Below are positions 18,810 to 28,920 of a stretch of 64,000 bases of DNA, in pieces. The stretch is from an uncultured bacterium. GTDB lineage: Bacteria > Zixibacteria > MSB-5A5 > UBA10806. Position numbers and translations under genes: made by a program. The first letter of the stretch is position 1, and every line of letters starts with the position of its first letter. Location of the stretch: the NCBI GenBank assembly GCA_965541585.1, contig CBEUCH010000008.1, positions 32,001 to 96,000 of the forward strand. The letters are read 5' to 3'. Under the pieces are notes generated by a model that was given only the letters and a program-made list of their open reading frames with translations, had not been told where the DNA came from and searched no databases.

Positions 18810-20969
18810 ATGCCAGCGAAAAAGAAGGTTGCGAAGAAAAAGGTAACGGCAAAGGCCAAAACGGGAGGTGGTGCCAAAAGCAAAACAGCCAGGGCCAGAG
18901 CGGAATCTCGCAAGAAAGCCGTTGCGAAGAAGGCGGCGAAGGCGACCGCTACCGCCGGAAAAGCCAAGAAAGCCGTAAGGAAGACCCGTACCAAGGTAGC
19001 TCGCCAGAAGGTTAAGAAGGTCGAAGTTGAACCGGTCTTGACCGCTGAAGATATCGAGATGCAGGAATACTCCCAGGAGGAATTTGACCTGCAATTGAAA
19101 ATGTATGAGGACACCTTGCAGGATATCAGAGAGGGCGAGGTTGTTGAAGGCACGGTTATGGGCGTTACTCACGATGATGTTATTGTCGATGTCGGCTTCA
19201 AGTCGGAGGGTATCATACCGATTCACGAATTCCCGGCGCCGGTGAACGTGCAGGTCGGGGAGAAAATAGCCGTATACCTGGACGCTATAGAAAACAATGA
19301 TGGCCAGCTCGTTTTATCCAAGCAGAAGGCGGATTTCATGCGCGTCTGGGATAATATCAAGGAGGCCCATGACTCCGGCCAGACCGTCGACGGAAAAGTC
19401 ATGCGACGCATCAAAGGCGGTATGGTTATCGATCTCTTCGGCGTAGATGCTTTTCTTCCGGGTTCGCAAATTGCCCTGCGGCAGGTTCCCGATTTCGATG
19501 CCCTGCTTGGCACGACCATGGAGTTGAAAATCATCAAGATCAACAAGAGCCGCAGGAATATTGTTGTTTCGCGACGGGTGGTTCTTGAGCGTGAGCGTGA
19601 AAAGATGCGCGACCAACTATTGAAAGAAATTGAGCCCGGACAGGTTCGCAAAGGTATCATCAAAAACATCACCGATTTCGGCGTTTTCATTGACCTCGGC
19701 GGCGTGGACGGGCTTTTACATATAACCGATATGTCATGGGGGAGGATCAATCACCCCTCGGAGGTCGTTCAACTTCAGCAGGAAATAGACGTTAAGATCT
19801 TGGATTTCGACAAGTCCAGTAGCAGGATATCCCTGGGTCTGAAGCAGCTTACCCCTTATCCGTGGGAGAAGGTTGATGAGAAGTTTCCGGTGGGAAGCCG
19901 CTTAACAGGGAGGGTCGTATCCATTACCGACTACGGGGCCTTCATCGAGCTGGAAAAAGGGATCGAGGGTCTCATTCATATTTCTGAGATGTCCTGGACA
20001 CAGCATATCAAGCATCCATCGAAACTGCTAAATTCCGGGGATAGTGTGGAAGCGATTGTCCTCTCGGTTGATAAGGAAAATGAAAAAATCTCCCTGGGTT
20101 TGAAGCAGCTTGAGCCGGATCCCTGGGAGACTCTTGACCTGAAGTATCCGGTAGGGACAAAAGTAACCGGAAAAGTGCGAAATTTGACCACGTTCGGTGC
20201 TTTCGTTGAAATAGAGGAGGGCATCGACGGTCTGGTTCATATCTCTGATATGTCCTGGACCAGGAGGATTCAGCACCCCTCCGAAATCATGAATCGAGGG
20301 GATAAGGTCGAGATTGTCATACTGGGAATAGATAAAGACAACCGGCGGATATCTCTCGGGCATAAGCAGGTTAAGCCCGACCCGTGGCCGGAGTTGCAGA
20401 TGAATTTCGCGGTAAACACTGAGACCATAGGGACCATATCGAGGATGCTCGACAGGGGTGTCATAGTCAACCTTACTGGCGAAGTCGAGGGTTTCGTGCC
20501 CGCCAATCAGCTCGGGAAGCGCGATCTAAACCGGCCAGCGGATGCATTTTCGGATGGCGATGAGCTGCCGTTGAGGGTCATAGAGTTCGACACTCATAAC
20601 AGACGGATTATTCTCTCGGTCGAAGCTTATTTCTCCAGCCGTGAAAAAGAGGAGATGGAGGCATACATAGCGAAGCATCCGACAAAAGTAGTGCCTGTCT
20701 CTGATATTGTAGAGGATAAAAGCCAGATAGAGGTCAGGTCTGCTGAAATTGAACCCTCGGCGGAGATCAAGGCAGCGGATCCGCCGCCCGCCGATGAGCC
20801 TGTTGAAAAGCCTCAAGGCGAAAACCTGGCGACCGGGGTCAGTCCGGAAGAGCCTGTTGAAAAGCCCCCGGATGATAATCCTGCGGACGAGACCAAAGCG
20901 GAAGAGTCTCTTGAGAAACCCCCGGACGAAAACCCTACGGACGAATCCAAGCCGGAAGAGCAAGCCTGA
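18810..20969 (+). CDS. rpsA: 30S ribosomal protein S1 with basic N-terminal and acidic C-terminal extensions
   Basis: Repeated S1 domains (DVGFKSEG, DGLLHITDMSW, EGLIHISEMSW, DGLVHISDMSW); cmk-plsC-rpsA context. Confidence 0.97.
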   Translation: MPAKKKVAKKKVTAKAKTGGGAKSKTARARAESRKKAVAKKAAKATATAGKAKKAVRKTRTKVARQKVKKVEVEPVLTAEDIEMQEYSQEEFDLQLKMYEDTLQDIREGEVVEGTVMGVTHDDVIVDVGFKSEGIIPIHEFPAPVNVQVGEKIAVYLDAIENNDGQLVLSKQKADFMRVWDNIKEAHDSGQTVDGKVMRRIKGGMVIDLFGVDAFLPGSQIALRQVPDFDALLGTTMELKIIKINKSRRNIVVSRRVVLEREREKMRDQLLKEIEPGQVRKGIIKNITDFGVFIDLGGVDGLLHITDMSWGRINHPSEVVQLQQEIDVKILDFDKSSSRISLGLKQLTPYPWEKVDEKFPVGSRLTGRVVSITDYGAFIELEKGIEGLIHISEMSWTQHIKHPSKLLNSGDSVEAIVLSVDKENEKISLGLKQLEPDPWETLDLKYPVGTKVTGKVRNLTTFGAFVEIEEGIDGLVHISDMSWTRRIQHPSEIMNRGDKVEIVILGIDKDNRRISLGHKQVKPDPWPELQMNFAVNTETIGTISRMLDRGVIVNLTGEVEGFVPANQLGKRDLNRPADAFSDGDELPLRVIEFDTHNRRIILSVEAYFSSREKEEMEAYIAKHPTKVVPVSDIVEDKSQIEVRSAEIEPSAEIKAADPPPADEPVEKPQGENLATGVSPEEPVEKPPDDNPADETKAEESLEKPPDENPTDESKPEEQA
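20796..20957 (+). repeat. Three 54-bp (18-aa) tandem repeats in the rpsA 3' end
   Basis: GAGCCTGTTGAAAAGCC at 20796 and 20850, GAGTCTCTTGAGAAACC at 20904. Confidence 0.85.
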
Positions 20970-20993
20970 AAGATTCGCATCTGATAGGCAGGA

Positions 20994-21020
20994 GAAGCCC
21001 CCGTTACGGGGGCTTTTTTG
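20994..21020 (+). terminator. Rho-independent terminator after rpsA
   Basis: AAGCCCCCG-TTA-CGGGGGCTT stem followed by a T run. Confidence 0.88.
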
Positions 21021-21055
21021 TTGACATTAAACGGCTTAAATGAATAAATTTAACA

Positions 21056-22108
21056 ATGCTTTTGAGATCCCTGAAGACGAAATTATTGGGTCTACTCCGG
21101 CGGCGGGTACTCCCCTCGGGGGACCTTGACAATGTCGATATCCTAAGAGGACCTTCCAGGATACTGCTGGTAAAGCAATCCGAACGCATGGGGAACGTCA
21201 TCTTGTTAAATTCAGCTATCGATGCCATTTCGATCTCGTTTCCAGAAACGACGATCGATCTCCTCCTACCGGCCGCCTATGCCGACTTGATGGACCGAGA
21301 TTCGAGAATAGGAAGGATTATTAAGGTCCATAAAAGGAAATATATTCTCCGGCCGTGGAGGCTGCTTAGCTTAATAAGAAGGCTCAGGAGATCTGAGTAT
21401 GATCTGGCGATAGACTGCTCCGATGTAAATTCGCATTCGTTAACGGGTGCAGTTTACACACTTCTCAGCGGAGCCAGAATTACCGCCGGTTGGGAAATGG
21501 GTAGCGACCGGATTTTCGAGAGGGAGGTCCCCAGATATACCGGGACCATGCATGCCAGAGATATGATTCTCAGACTCCTATCCGGTGTTTTTGGCTTGGA
21601 ATTGTCCGGAGACCCGTACTTTAAGGAGAGCTCGAAGCGGCTGCAAAATGGAAAGCCGATAGTCGGTCTCAACTGTGGTGGCAGAGGGCCTAAAAGGTGG
21701 CCTCTGGAAAACTTCATTGAACTTGGCTCGAGGCTATCCGACAGGGGCATAAGCGTTGAGTTCATTCTGGGTCCGGATGAAAAAGATCTGAGATCCGAAT
21801 TGAGCGAGAGCTTACCCTCCAATGGTCGATTGCTGCCTCTGATGTCCATGGGAGAGCTTAAAGAAACCATAGGCGCATATTCCGCCTTCATCTCATCAGA
21901 TTCCGGTCCCATGCATCTTGCCTGGACCCAGGCGGTTCCGACAGTGGCGATATTTATTGATTCGGAAATGGACAAGTTCAAACCGCTCGGAGCCGGTTCG
22001 GTGGCTCTGGAGACTAAATCCGGGATCGATGTTGAACGGGTTTTCAACCATGTGTGTAGAATTCTTTCGAAAACCGAAGCTACTGGTTCCTTGAGGGCCG
22101 GACCATGA
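21056..22108 (+). CDS. Glycosyltransferase family 9 (heptosyltransferase-like)
   Basis: ILLV...RMGNV, YDLAID, KRWP.ENF, SSDSGPMHLA. Confidence 0.88.
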   Translation: MLLRSLKTKLLGLLRRRVLPSGDLDNVDILRGPSRILLVKQSERMGNVILLNSAIDAISISFPETTIDLLLPAAYADLMDRDSRIGRIIKVHKRKYILRPWRLLSLIRRLRRSEYDLAIDCSDVNSHSLTGAVYTLLSGARITAGWEMGSDRIFEREVPRYTGTMHARDMILRLLSGVFGLELSGDPYFKESSKRLQNGKPIVGLNCGGRGPKRWPLENFIELGSRLSDRGISVEFILGPDEKDLRSELSESLPSNGRLLPLMSMGELKETIGAYSAFISSDSGPMHLAWTQAVPTVAIFIDSEMDKFKPLGAGSVALETKSGIDVERVFNHVCRILSKTEATGSLRAGP

Positions 22109-23931
22109 AATTATACTGGCGTTTGTTGAAATTTATAAAGCCGCATCTGCGGTTTTTCATAGTTGCTGCTCTTCTTAGCATGCTCTTTGCAGGTATGAGC
22201 GGGGTCTCGGTGACACTGGTGATTCCTTTTATAAACATCGTTTTCGAACAGGACATTTCATCGCAGACTATTGAATCGGGACCGATCGATTACTCAAAGC
22301 TATTGGAACTCGATAAAGAAACATTTCTTCGTGTCATCGGGGGCAACACCAAGATTGAAATGCTGGGCAGATTTTGCCTGCTGCTTCTATGCTCATTTTT
22401 GATCAAAAACATCTTCCTCTATGGCCGGAGCTTCTTGATAGTCCGGGTGGAGCAGGGAGTAGTCCGGGATCTTCGAGATAGGCTCTTTTTTCATTATCAG
22501 ATGCTGCCATTGGAATATTTTCACGGTCAGAGGGCGGGAGAGCTGATATCGAGAATCACCAATGATATAACACTCGTCAGAGGAGCGGTCGCCAATGGTT
22601 TATCCGATCTATTGAAGAACCTGTTTTTGAGCATCGTATTTATGGTTTTGATATTTATAGCATCGTGGAAGATGGCCCTGGCCGCAATCCTGATTTTGCC
22701 TCCCTCTATTGGCCTGATAGGGATCCTGGGTAAGAAATTGAAGAAAAGTTCCAGAATAACGCAGGAGAAGATGGCATCTATAACCACCGTTTTGCAGGAG
22801 ACCATCTCCGGTATCCGGGTGGTTAAAGCCTTTGCCATGGAGAGATTCGAATTGGGCCGGTTCAAACGGTTTACGAACGATTTTTCCAGAACTATGGTTC
22901 GCTTAACGAGGATCGGCTCACTTGGCATCCCGCTGACGGAGATGCTCGGCGTCGCAGCCGGGACTATAATTATATGGTATGGGGGCCGCCAGGTTTTGAG
23001 CGGTGATCTGACCGCCGATAAGTTCTTTTTATTTCTGGTGGCGATGTTTTCCCTTATGGATCCCGTAAAAGTCTTGGCCCGCGTGAATATAGATATCCAG
23101 CAGGGCCTGGCCGCAGCAGCGCGGATATTCGGTATTCTCGACACCGAGCCGAAAGTAGTGGAGGCCAAGAGTCCTGTCGTTTTGAGTGAATTTAAAGAGG
23201 CCATCGGGTTTGAGAGTGTCTCCTTCAATTATTCCACCGGCGGATTCAGACTTCAAAACCTAAGCTTTGATCTAACAAAGGGGCAGGTGATGGCGCTTGT
23301 GGGGCCGTCGGGCGGAGGCAAATCGACAATAGTCGATCTGATTCCTCGATTCTATGATCCTGTTTCAGGCCGTGTTACTATAGATGGTATCGATCTAAAA
23401 GATGTGGAGACCAGATCTTTGAGAAACCTGCTGGGGATCGTAACTCAGGAGATTATCCTCTTCAACGATACGATATATAATAATGTCGCCTACGGGCAGG
23501 AGAATATCGGTCAGGAACCAGTCGAACGGGCTTTGGAGGCTGCCTGCGCTCTCGACTTTGTCCAAGAGACGCCCGAGGGTCTTAATACCTATATTGGAGA
23601 CCGGGGCGTAATGCTATCCGGCGGCCAGAGACAGAGGCTGGCTATCGCGCGCGCTCTCTTGAAGGATCCGCCGATCTTGATCTTCGATGAGGCAACATCC
23701 TCGCTCGATTCCGAATCCGAACAACTTATTACGCAAGCGATCTCGAACCTTTTGAGCGGCAGAACGGTCATCCTGATTGCCCATCGCCTCTCGACCATAC
23801 GTAAGGCGGATGTCATACTGGTGGTTGAGAACGGACAGATAGTCCAGACAGGGGATCATAACGATCTGCTCAGCGAGGGCGGCCTGTACAAGAAACTACA
23901 CGATCTGCAATTTGAGGATGCAGGTTTATGA
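22105..23931 (+). CDS. msbA: Lipid A export-type ABC transporter (fused TM/ATPase)
   Basis: GPSGGGKST, RFYDP, LSGGQRQRLAIARA, DEATSSLD, IAHRLST; LPS operon context. Confidence 0.82.
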   Translation: MKLYWRLLKFIKPHLRFFIVAALLSMLFAGMSGVSVTLVIPFINIVFEQDISSQTIESGPIDYSKLLELDKETFLRVIGGNTKIEMLGRFCLLLLCSFLIKNIFLYGRSFLIVRVEQGVVRDLRDRLFFHYQMLPLEYFHGQRAGELISRITNDITLVRGAVANGLSDLLKNLFLSIVFMVLIFIASWKMALAAILILPPSIGLIGILGKKLKKSSRITQEKMASITTVLQETISGIRVVKAFAMERFELGRFKRFTNDFSRTMVRLTRIGSLGIPLTEMLGVAAGTIIIWYGGRQVLSGDLTADKFFLFLVAMFSLMDPVKVLARVNIDIQQGLAAAARIFGILDTEPKVVEAKSPVVLSEFKEAIGFESVSFNYSTGGFRLQNLSFDLTKGQVMALVGPSGGGKSTIVDLIPRFYDPVSGRVTIDGIDLKDVETRSLRNLLGIVTQEIILFNDTIYNNVAYGQENIGQEPVERALEAACALDFVQETPEGLNTYIGDRGVMLSGGQRQRLAIARALLKDPPILIFDEATSSLDSESEQLITQAISNLLSGRTVILIAHRLSTIRKADVILVVENGQIVQTGDHNDLLSEGGLYKKLHDLQFEDAGL

Positions 23932-24965
23932 TCGCTCCTGAGAAAGTATTATTCATACAGCTTCGCCGGATCGGCGATGTCTTGATGTGCACCCCGACGA
24001 TCAGGGCCTTTAAGAAGAAGTTTCCCGAATGCCGGCTCGATTTTCTAACGGAGCTTCCTCAGGTTTTGAGCAATAATCCGCATCTTGATTCGATAATAAC
24101 TGTGGATGAATCCAGGAAATTTAATCCTGCATACCAGTATAAACTGATCAGAAAGATAAGAACCGGCCGATATGATCTGGTTGTCGATTTTTTCGCGAAT
24201 CCCAGAAGCGCTTATTATTCGTTCTTGAGCGGTGCGGACATCAGGTTGAGTTACGGATTTGGCCATCGCAAGTGGGCCTATAACCGCATTCCCCGGAAAT
24301 CCGATCAGCCCGCTTACGCTGCGCAGGACAGACTGGATCTTTTGAGGGAAGTTGACGTTCCATCCGACGGTTTGCGGCTTGAGTTCAATCCGACCGATGA
24401 TGATCGAAGAGAGGCCGAAGATATACTAGATCCCGTACGCGGCAGATCGGTCGCTACTTTATCCCCCGTTTCCCGCAGGGAATTCAATCGCTGGCCACTG
24501 GAAAACTATGCCAGGCTGGGAAAGCTCTTATCGACAGAGCTTAATTTTGCAGTTGTTGTTCTCACGGGCCCCGGCGAGGAGCGGGTGGCCTGCGATCTGG
24601 GGAATATGATGATAGAGGCTAAACCGTTAATTCTCCGGATAGATCGTCTCGGTCTGTTGGGCGCGATATTCGAACATGCGAATATGCACCTGGGGAACGA
24701 CAATGGCCCGAAGCATATCGCGGTGGCCTGCGGCGCTCCGACCTTCACCATTTACGGCCCGCATAATCCTGTAAGCTGGACATACCCGAACCTTTCGCGC
24801 CATCAATACATACGGCCGGCAGATGTCGATATCGAATGCCGGAGTCTGAATCATAAGTGCGATAAAGATTGTATCCGTAAGATATCCGCAAACGATGTCC
24901 GGGACAGGCTGAAACAGATGGTGGCGAGCCTGCCCTCGCCGGAGTCATCGCTAAAAGCCAGATGA
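23928..24965 (+). CDS. Glycosyltransferase family 9
   Basis: QLRRIGDV, YDLVVD, RWP, GNDNGPKHIA. Confidence 0.88.
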   Translation: MIAPEKVLFIQLRRIGDVLMCTPTIRAFKKKFPECRLDFLTELPQVLSNNPHLDSIITVDESRKFNPAYQYKLIRKIRTGRYDLVVDFFANPRSAYYSFLSGADIRLSYGFGHRKWAYNRIPRKSDQPAYAAQDRLDLLREVDVPSDGLRLEFNPTDDDRREAEDILDPVRGRSVATLSPVSRREFNRWPLENYARLGKLLSTELNFAVVVLTGPGEERVACDLGNMMIEAKPLILRIDRLGLLGAIFEHANMHLGNDNGPKHIAVACGAPTFTIYGPHNPVSWTYPNLSRHQYIRPADVDIECRSLNHKCDKDCIRKISANDVRDRLKQMVASLPSPESSLKAR

Positions 24966-26062
24966 AAATCATTCAGATAGTAGATGTCCGCTGGTACAAC
25001 GCCTGCGCAGATTTTGCAATACAGCAAGCTCTGGGACTTTCGCGGCTGGGCCATGAGGTCCTCCTGATGGCCAATCCCGGCAGTCCACCCGCAACGAAAG
25101 CCAGAGATGCCGGTCTGGATGTTGTAGAGGACGTCGATTTCAGCAGCTTGAATATCATCCGGTCGGTGAGGCGCCTCAAGGGAATCGCGGATGATTTTCA
25201 AGCGGATGTTATTTTCGCGCATCGAGGCGAATCGCATCTGATCGGCGCTCTGGCCTCCAGAAAAATACGCTGTCCGGTAGCCAGGTTCAGAGGCGATGTT
25301 AGATCTCCCCGGGGGGATCCATTCAGCCGGATATTGAATGAAAAGATGACTCACGGGATCGCCGTCTCCACGAAGCGTCTTAAGAATGAATATGAAAGCA
25401 GATTCAGGCTCAATGGCATCCCCCTGACAGTGATATATCCGGGAATAGACGACTCCGGCTTCCAGATCGCAAGACCCCGGATGGAATTGAGATCGCAGTT
25501 CGGATTGGATCCGGAAAAACGGCTTGTCGGAATCGTCGGTCGTTTATCACCGGTAAAAGGGCATCATTATTTTCTGAGGGCTGCGGAAATGGTGTCGAAA
25601 AAAATCCCCGATATTCAGTTTGTGATCGCCGGGGAGGATGCCCAGATTACGGCGCTCGAGCTTGAAGAATATGCTGAGAGTCTTGGCCTTCCCGATCTAC
25701 GCTTCTTCGGCATTGTCGAAAATATCGAGGATTTGATATCGTCGTTTGATATAGGCGTTATAGCCTCCGTTGGATCGGAGATGATCTGCAGAGTCTTGAT
25801 GGAGTATTTTGCTGCAGGTATCGGGGTGGTTGCCACGAGAGTGAATCAACTGGAGGAACTCGTTAGCTTATCAGAAGCCGGGTTGGCGGTGCCTCCGGGA
25901 GACTCACGGGCGATGGGCGAGGCGATTCTGGAATTGATCGAGGACGAGGGCAAAAGAGAAGCGATGGCAGCGACCGGCAGAGCCTGGGTTAAGGCCAATA
26001 GAACCCTGGAGCGGCTGGGTCAGGACTCCGAAGCTTTCTTAAAGCAGGTATTGAATGGCTAA
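24962..26062 (+). CDS. Glycosyltransferase family 4
   Basis: VIYPGID, VGRLSPVKGH, SE..CRVLMEY. Confidence 0.88.
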   Translation: MKIIQIVDVRWYNACADFAIQQALGLSRLGHEVLLMANPGSPPATKARDAGLDVVEDVDFSSLNIIRSVRRLKGIADDFQADVIFAHRGESHLIGALASRKIRCPVARFRGDVRSPRGDPFSRILNEKMTHGIAVSTKRLKNEYESRFRLNGIPLTVIYPGIDDSGFQIARPRMELRSQFGLDPEKRLVGIVGRLSPVKGHHYFLRAAEMVSKKIPDIQFVIAGEDAQITALELEEYAESLGLPDLRFFGIVENIEDLISSFDIGVIASVGSEMICRVLMEYFAAGIGVVATRVNQLEELVSLSEAGLAVPPGDSRAMGEAILELIEDEGKREAMAATGRAWVKANRTLERLGQDSEAFLKQVLNG

Positions 26063-27161
26063 ACCATCAGCTCTATTGATCAAGATAGGATTCTATATAG
26101 TTCTGTTATTTTCGCTATCGGTCTCGATATTCCCACGTTATGCCTATGTCCTGGCGATAGCGGCATTCTGCATCTGGCTTCTGGACCTTTTGATTTTCCG
26201 TGATTTCTCCTGGACAGCATCTTCTCTATTCAACCCGATTGCGGGATTTGCGGCCTTTTCTTTGATTGCCTGGATTTTGTCGTGGTTGCTGTATGATCGG
26301 AGCCCGGCGCCCTGTCTTGCCATATTTTCATTCTTTTATTTTGTTGCCAGGAGCTTTGTGCGGTCCTCGGAAAAGAGAAAAATGATAGTCTGGACTTTTA
26401 TTTCAGGTGTCATTCTCGCCTCCGGGATAGATCTCTTCTACAGGTGGGGAAGCCTTTTTAATCTCAGCATTTCGCCGGATTATACACCCGGATCGTTGTC
26501 ATTTCTGATGATGCTGGTATTTTGCCTTATTATTGCCTATTACGCACAAACGCGTGTTTATGCCGAAAAGTTTTTTTTTGGATTAATATCTTTGCCGTTG
26601 GCGGTTCTGGCGGCGCTTACATTCGATTTTGCTATAATCGCTATTTTGCTCCTGGTTTCCGTGGGCGTGGCAATTCTCAAAGACAGAACCGTTTTGATAA
26701 TAGTCGGCTTAATTATCGTTGTGATGTTTTCCGGTTTATCAGGGTTAAGAGGAAGGATTGCTAAACCTGACGATGCTTTTGACCTGGTGGAGCTAGCCCG
26801 ATCTCCGGCGAACGCAATAACGAGAAACTCTGATATGATTTCCGGCACAGGCTTTTACGGCGCCGGTAGCGATCAATCGCAGACGGACGAAAGAGCAATG
26901 CCCGATGAACCGTTTTTCATAAAGCTCATAAAATATTCAGGACCTCCGTCCCTGGTGCTTTTTATCTGGATCATAATTGAGCGGGGCCGGCGCGATCTGG
27001 CAAGAATCAGAAAGATCTCATTCACCGAAGCGAAAGCATACCATCTGGCATCCCTGTTGATCGTTGTTTCCGTTTCGATAGCCAGTCTATACGTTTCGAT
27101 GCCTGGATGCTCATCGGCGGTTCTGGCGCTCTGGCTGTTGCTCGGGATGGCCGAGATATGA
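26055..27161 (+). CDS. Polytopic membrane protein, O-antigen ligase/polymerase-like
   Basis: About 10-11 hydrophobic segments with a periplasmic loop (G.G.G) inside the LPS operon. Confidence 0.5.
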   Translation: MAKPSALLIKIGFYIVLLFSLSVSIFPRYAYVLAIAAFCIWLLDLLIFRDFSWTASSLFNPIAGFAAFSLIAWILSWLLYDRSPAPCLAIFSFFYFVARSFVRSSEKRKMIVWTFISGVILASGIDLFYRWGSLFNLSISPDYTPGSLSFLMMLVFCLIIAYYAQTRVYAEKFFFGLISLPLAVLAALTFDFAIIAILLLVSVGVAILKDRTVLIIVGLIIVVMFSGLSGLRGRIAKPDDAFDLVELARSPANAITRNSDMISGTGFYGAGSDQSQTDERAMPDEPFFIKLIKYSGPPSLVLFIWIIIERGRRDLARIRKISFTEAKAYHLASLLIVVSVSIASLYVSMPGCSSAVLALWLLLGMAEI

Positions 27162-27919
27162 ACAGGCCTCGCATTACAGCGGTGATCATGGCTCTCGATG
27201 AGGCAGAAAATATTGAAGCCGCTATCGAAAGCTTGAGGTTCGCCGACCAGATTGTGGTGGCCGATACGGGCAGCAGCGACAATACTATCGAACTGGCCCG
27301 AAACGCAGGAGCTGAGGTTCATAGCATTGATTTCGATGGTTTCGGCAGCAGTAAGAACAGGGCTCTGGAGTTTTGCGATGGAGATTGGATATTCTTTCTC
27401 GATGCCGACGAGAGAGTTTCTCCGGAACTTGCAAATAGCATTACCGGGAGTGTCGCAAATGATTCGAGGCATGGCGGTTACACCGTTAACCGCCTTTCCT
27501 TTTTCCTCGGCAAGCCGGTCAGGCATTCCGGATGGCATCCGGATTATGTCCTCCGCCTTTTCAAAAAGGGTCAGGGCAGATTTTCAAACCGGCTGGTTCA
27601 CGAAAGAGTTGAGTTGAAGGGCGCCGCTGGTAAACTGGAAGGACTCTTATATCATTACAGTTATGAGAATCTCGATCAGTATATCGAGAAGTTAAATGTT
27701 TACTCGCGGTTGAATGCCGAGGAGATGTATAATAACGGCAAGAAATGGCATTTCCGGGACCTGATGGTCCATCCCGCGGCTATATTTATTAAGATGTATA
27801 TTTTAAGAGCCGGCTTTCTCGATGGTATTAATGGATTCCTCCTGGCAGTCCTGTCCTCTTATCATGTTTTTGTGAAATACGCTAAATTACGCCAGCTTTA
27901 CCGTCAGGCGAAAAATTGA
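27158..27919 (+). CDS. Glycosyltransferase family 2 (WaaE/KdtX-like)
   Basis: DTGSSDNT, WIFFLDADERV, VHE, RAGFLDG..G...YAKL; ATG overlapping the upstream stop. Confidence 0.9.
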   Translation: MNRPRITAVIMALDEAENIEAAIESLRFADQIVVADTGSSDNTIELARNAGAEVHSIDFDGFGSSKNRALEFCDGDWIFFLDADERVSPELANSITGSVANDSRHGGYTVNRLSFFLGKPVRHSGWHPDYVLRLFKKGQGRFSNRLVHERVELKGAAGKLEGLLYHYSYENLDQYIEKLNVYSRLNAEEMYNNGKKWHFRDLMVHPAAIFIKMYILRAGFLDGINGFLLAVLSSYHVFVKYAKLRQLYRQAKN

Positions 27920-28920
27920 AATATCCCCACAAGATATTGCTGGTCAGACCGGACGGGCTTGGCGACCTGATTCTCTCCCTGCCGGTTGCACGGACCTTGA
28001 AAAATTCATTCCCGGGATGCAGCGTGCACTACCTGGTATCCGACCGGGCAGCCGGTATCCGGCCGTTAGTGAGTTATGTAGATGACTGGCTTGTGGACGA
28101 TGCAGGTGATGGCTCCAAGATTCCTATTCCGCAACTCATTCATAAAATAAGAATGGCCGGCTATAGCCATGTCATCGAGCTTAAGCCCTCGTGGCGAACC
28201 GCCCTGGCCGGTTTTCTCGCAAGGGCCAGGAATAGGATAGGTACCTCCAGGAGGTTATATTCTCCCTTATATAGCCGTACCATATCGGTCCACCGTAAAG
28301 GCTCAGGATTTCATCAAACGGACCTCGACCTGAGGCTTCTAAAGCCGATGGGAATTGAGGTTGAGGGAATACTACCCACCCTGGAAGTCACCGAGAACGT
28401 CCGGCAGATGGCCGCCGGGCTGCCTGGCTCAACAGGTAAAGAATACATCATAATACATCCGGGATCGTCCGGGTCGGCGCCCAATTGGCCGGTCGAAAAT
28501 TATCGAAAACTGGCGGAGATTATCCTGGCGGAGACCGATTATGATGTTGTGATCACGGATCGAGATAAAATAAACGATGGGTTTGCAGGTTGCCTGGATA
28601 TCAGCGGCAGAACCGATATTGAGACCCTGGCCGGTATTATGAAAGCTGCCGCCCTGTTTGTGTCCGGCAGCACCGGTCCGCTTCACCTTGCCGATGCGCT
28701 CAATGTGCGCTGCGTATCGTTCTTCCCGAATCGAGCCGATATCGGCCACATAAGGTGGGGACCAAGACGAAACATGGATGGTATCATAATGCCTGCAGAT
28801 GACTGTCGCTGCCGGGACCTGAGAGATTGCCGTTGTCTGGAACGTATCTCACCCCTTACGGCGTTTAAGAAGATAGAAGGGATATTGTCGCGCAAGAATA
28901 ATACAACGGTGGAGCGGTAA
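27916..28920 (+). CDS. Glycosyltransferase family 9
   Basis: RPDGLGDL, IHPGS.GSAPNWP, STGPLHLA. Confidence 0.88.
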   Translation: MKYPHKILLVRPDGLGDLILSLPVARTLKNSFPGCSVHYLVSDRAAGIRPLVSYVDDWLVDDAGDGSKIPIPQLIHKIRMAGYSHVIELKPSWRTALAGFLARARNRIGTSRRLYSPLYSRTISVHRKGSGFHQTDLDLRLLKPMGIEVEGILPTLEVTENVRQMAAGLPGSTGKEYIIIHPGSSGSAPNWPVENYRKLAEIILAETDYDVVITDRDKINDGFAGCLDISGRTDIETLAGIMKAAALFVSGSTGPLHLADALNVRCVSFFPNRADIGHIRWGPRRNMDGIIMPADDCRCRDLRDCRCLERISPLTAFKKIEGILSRKNNTTVER

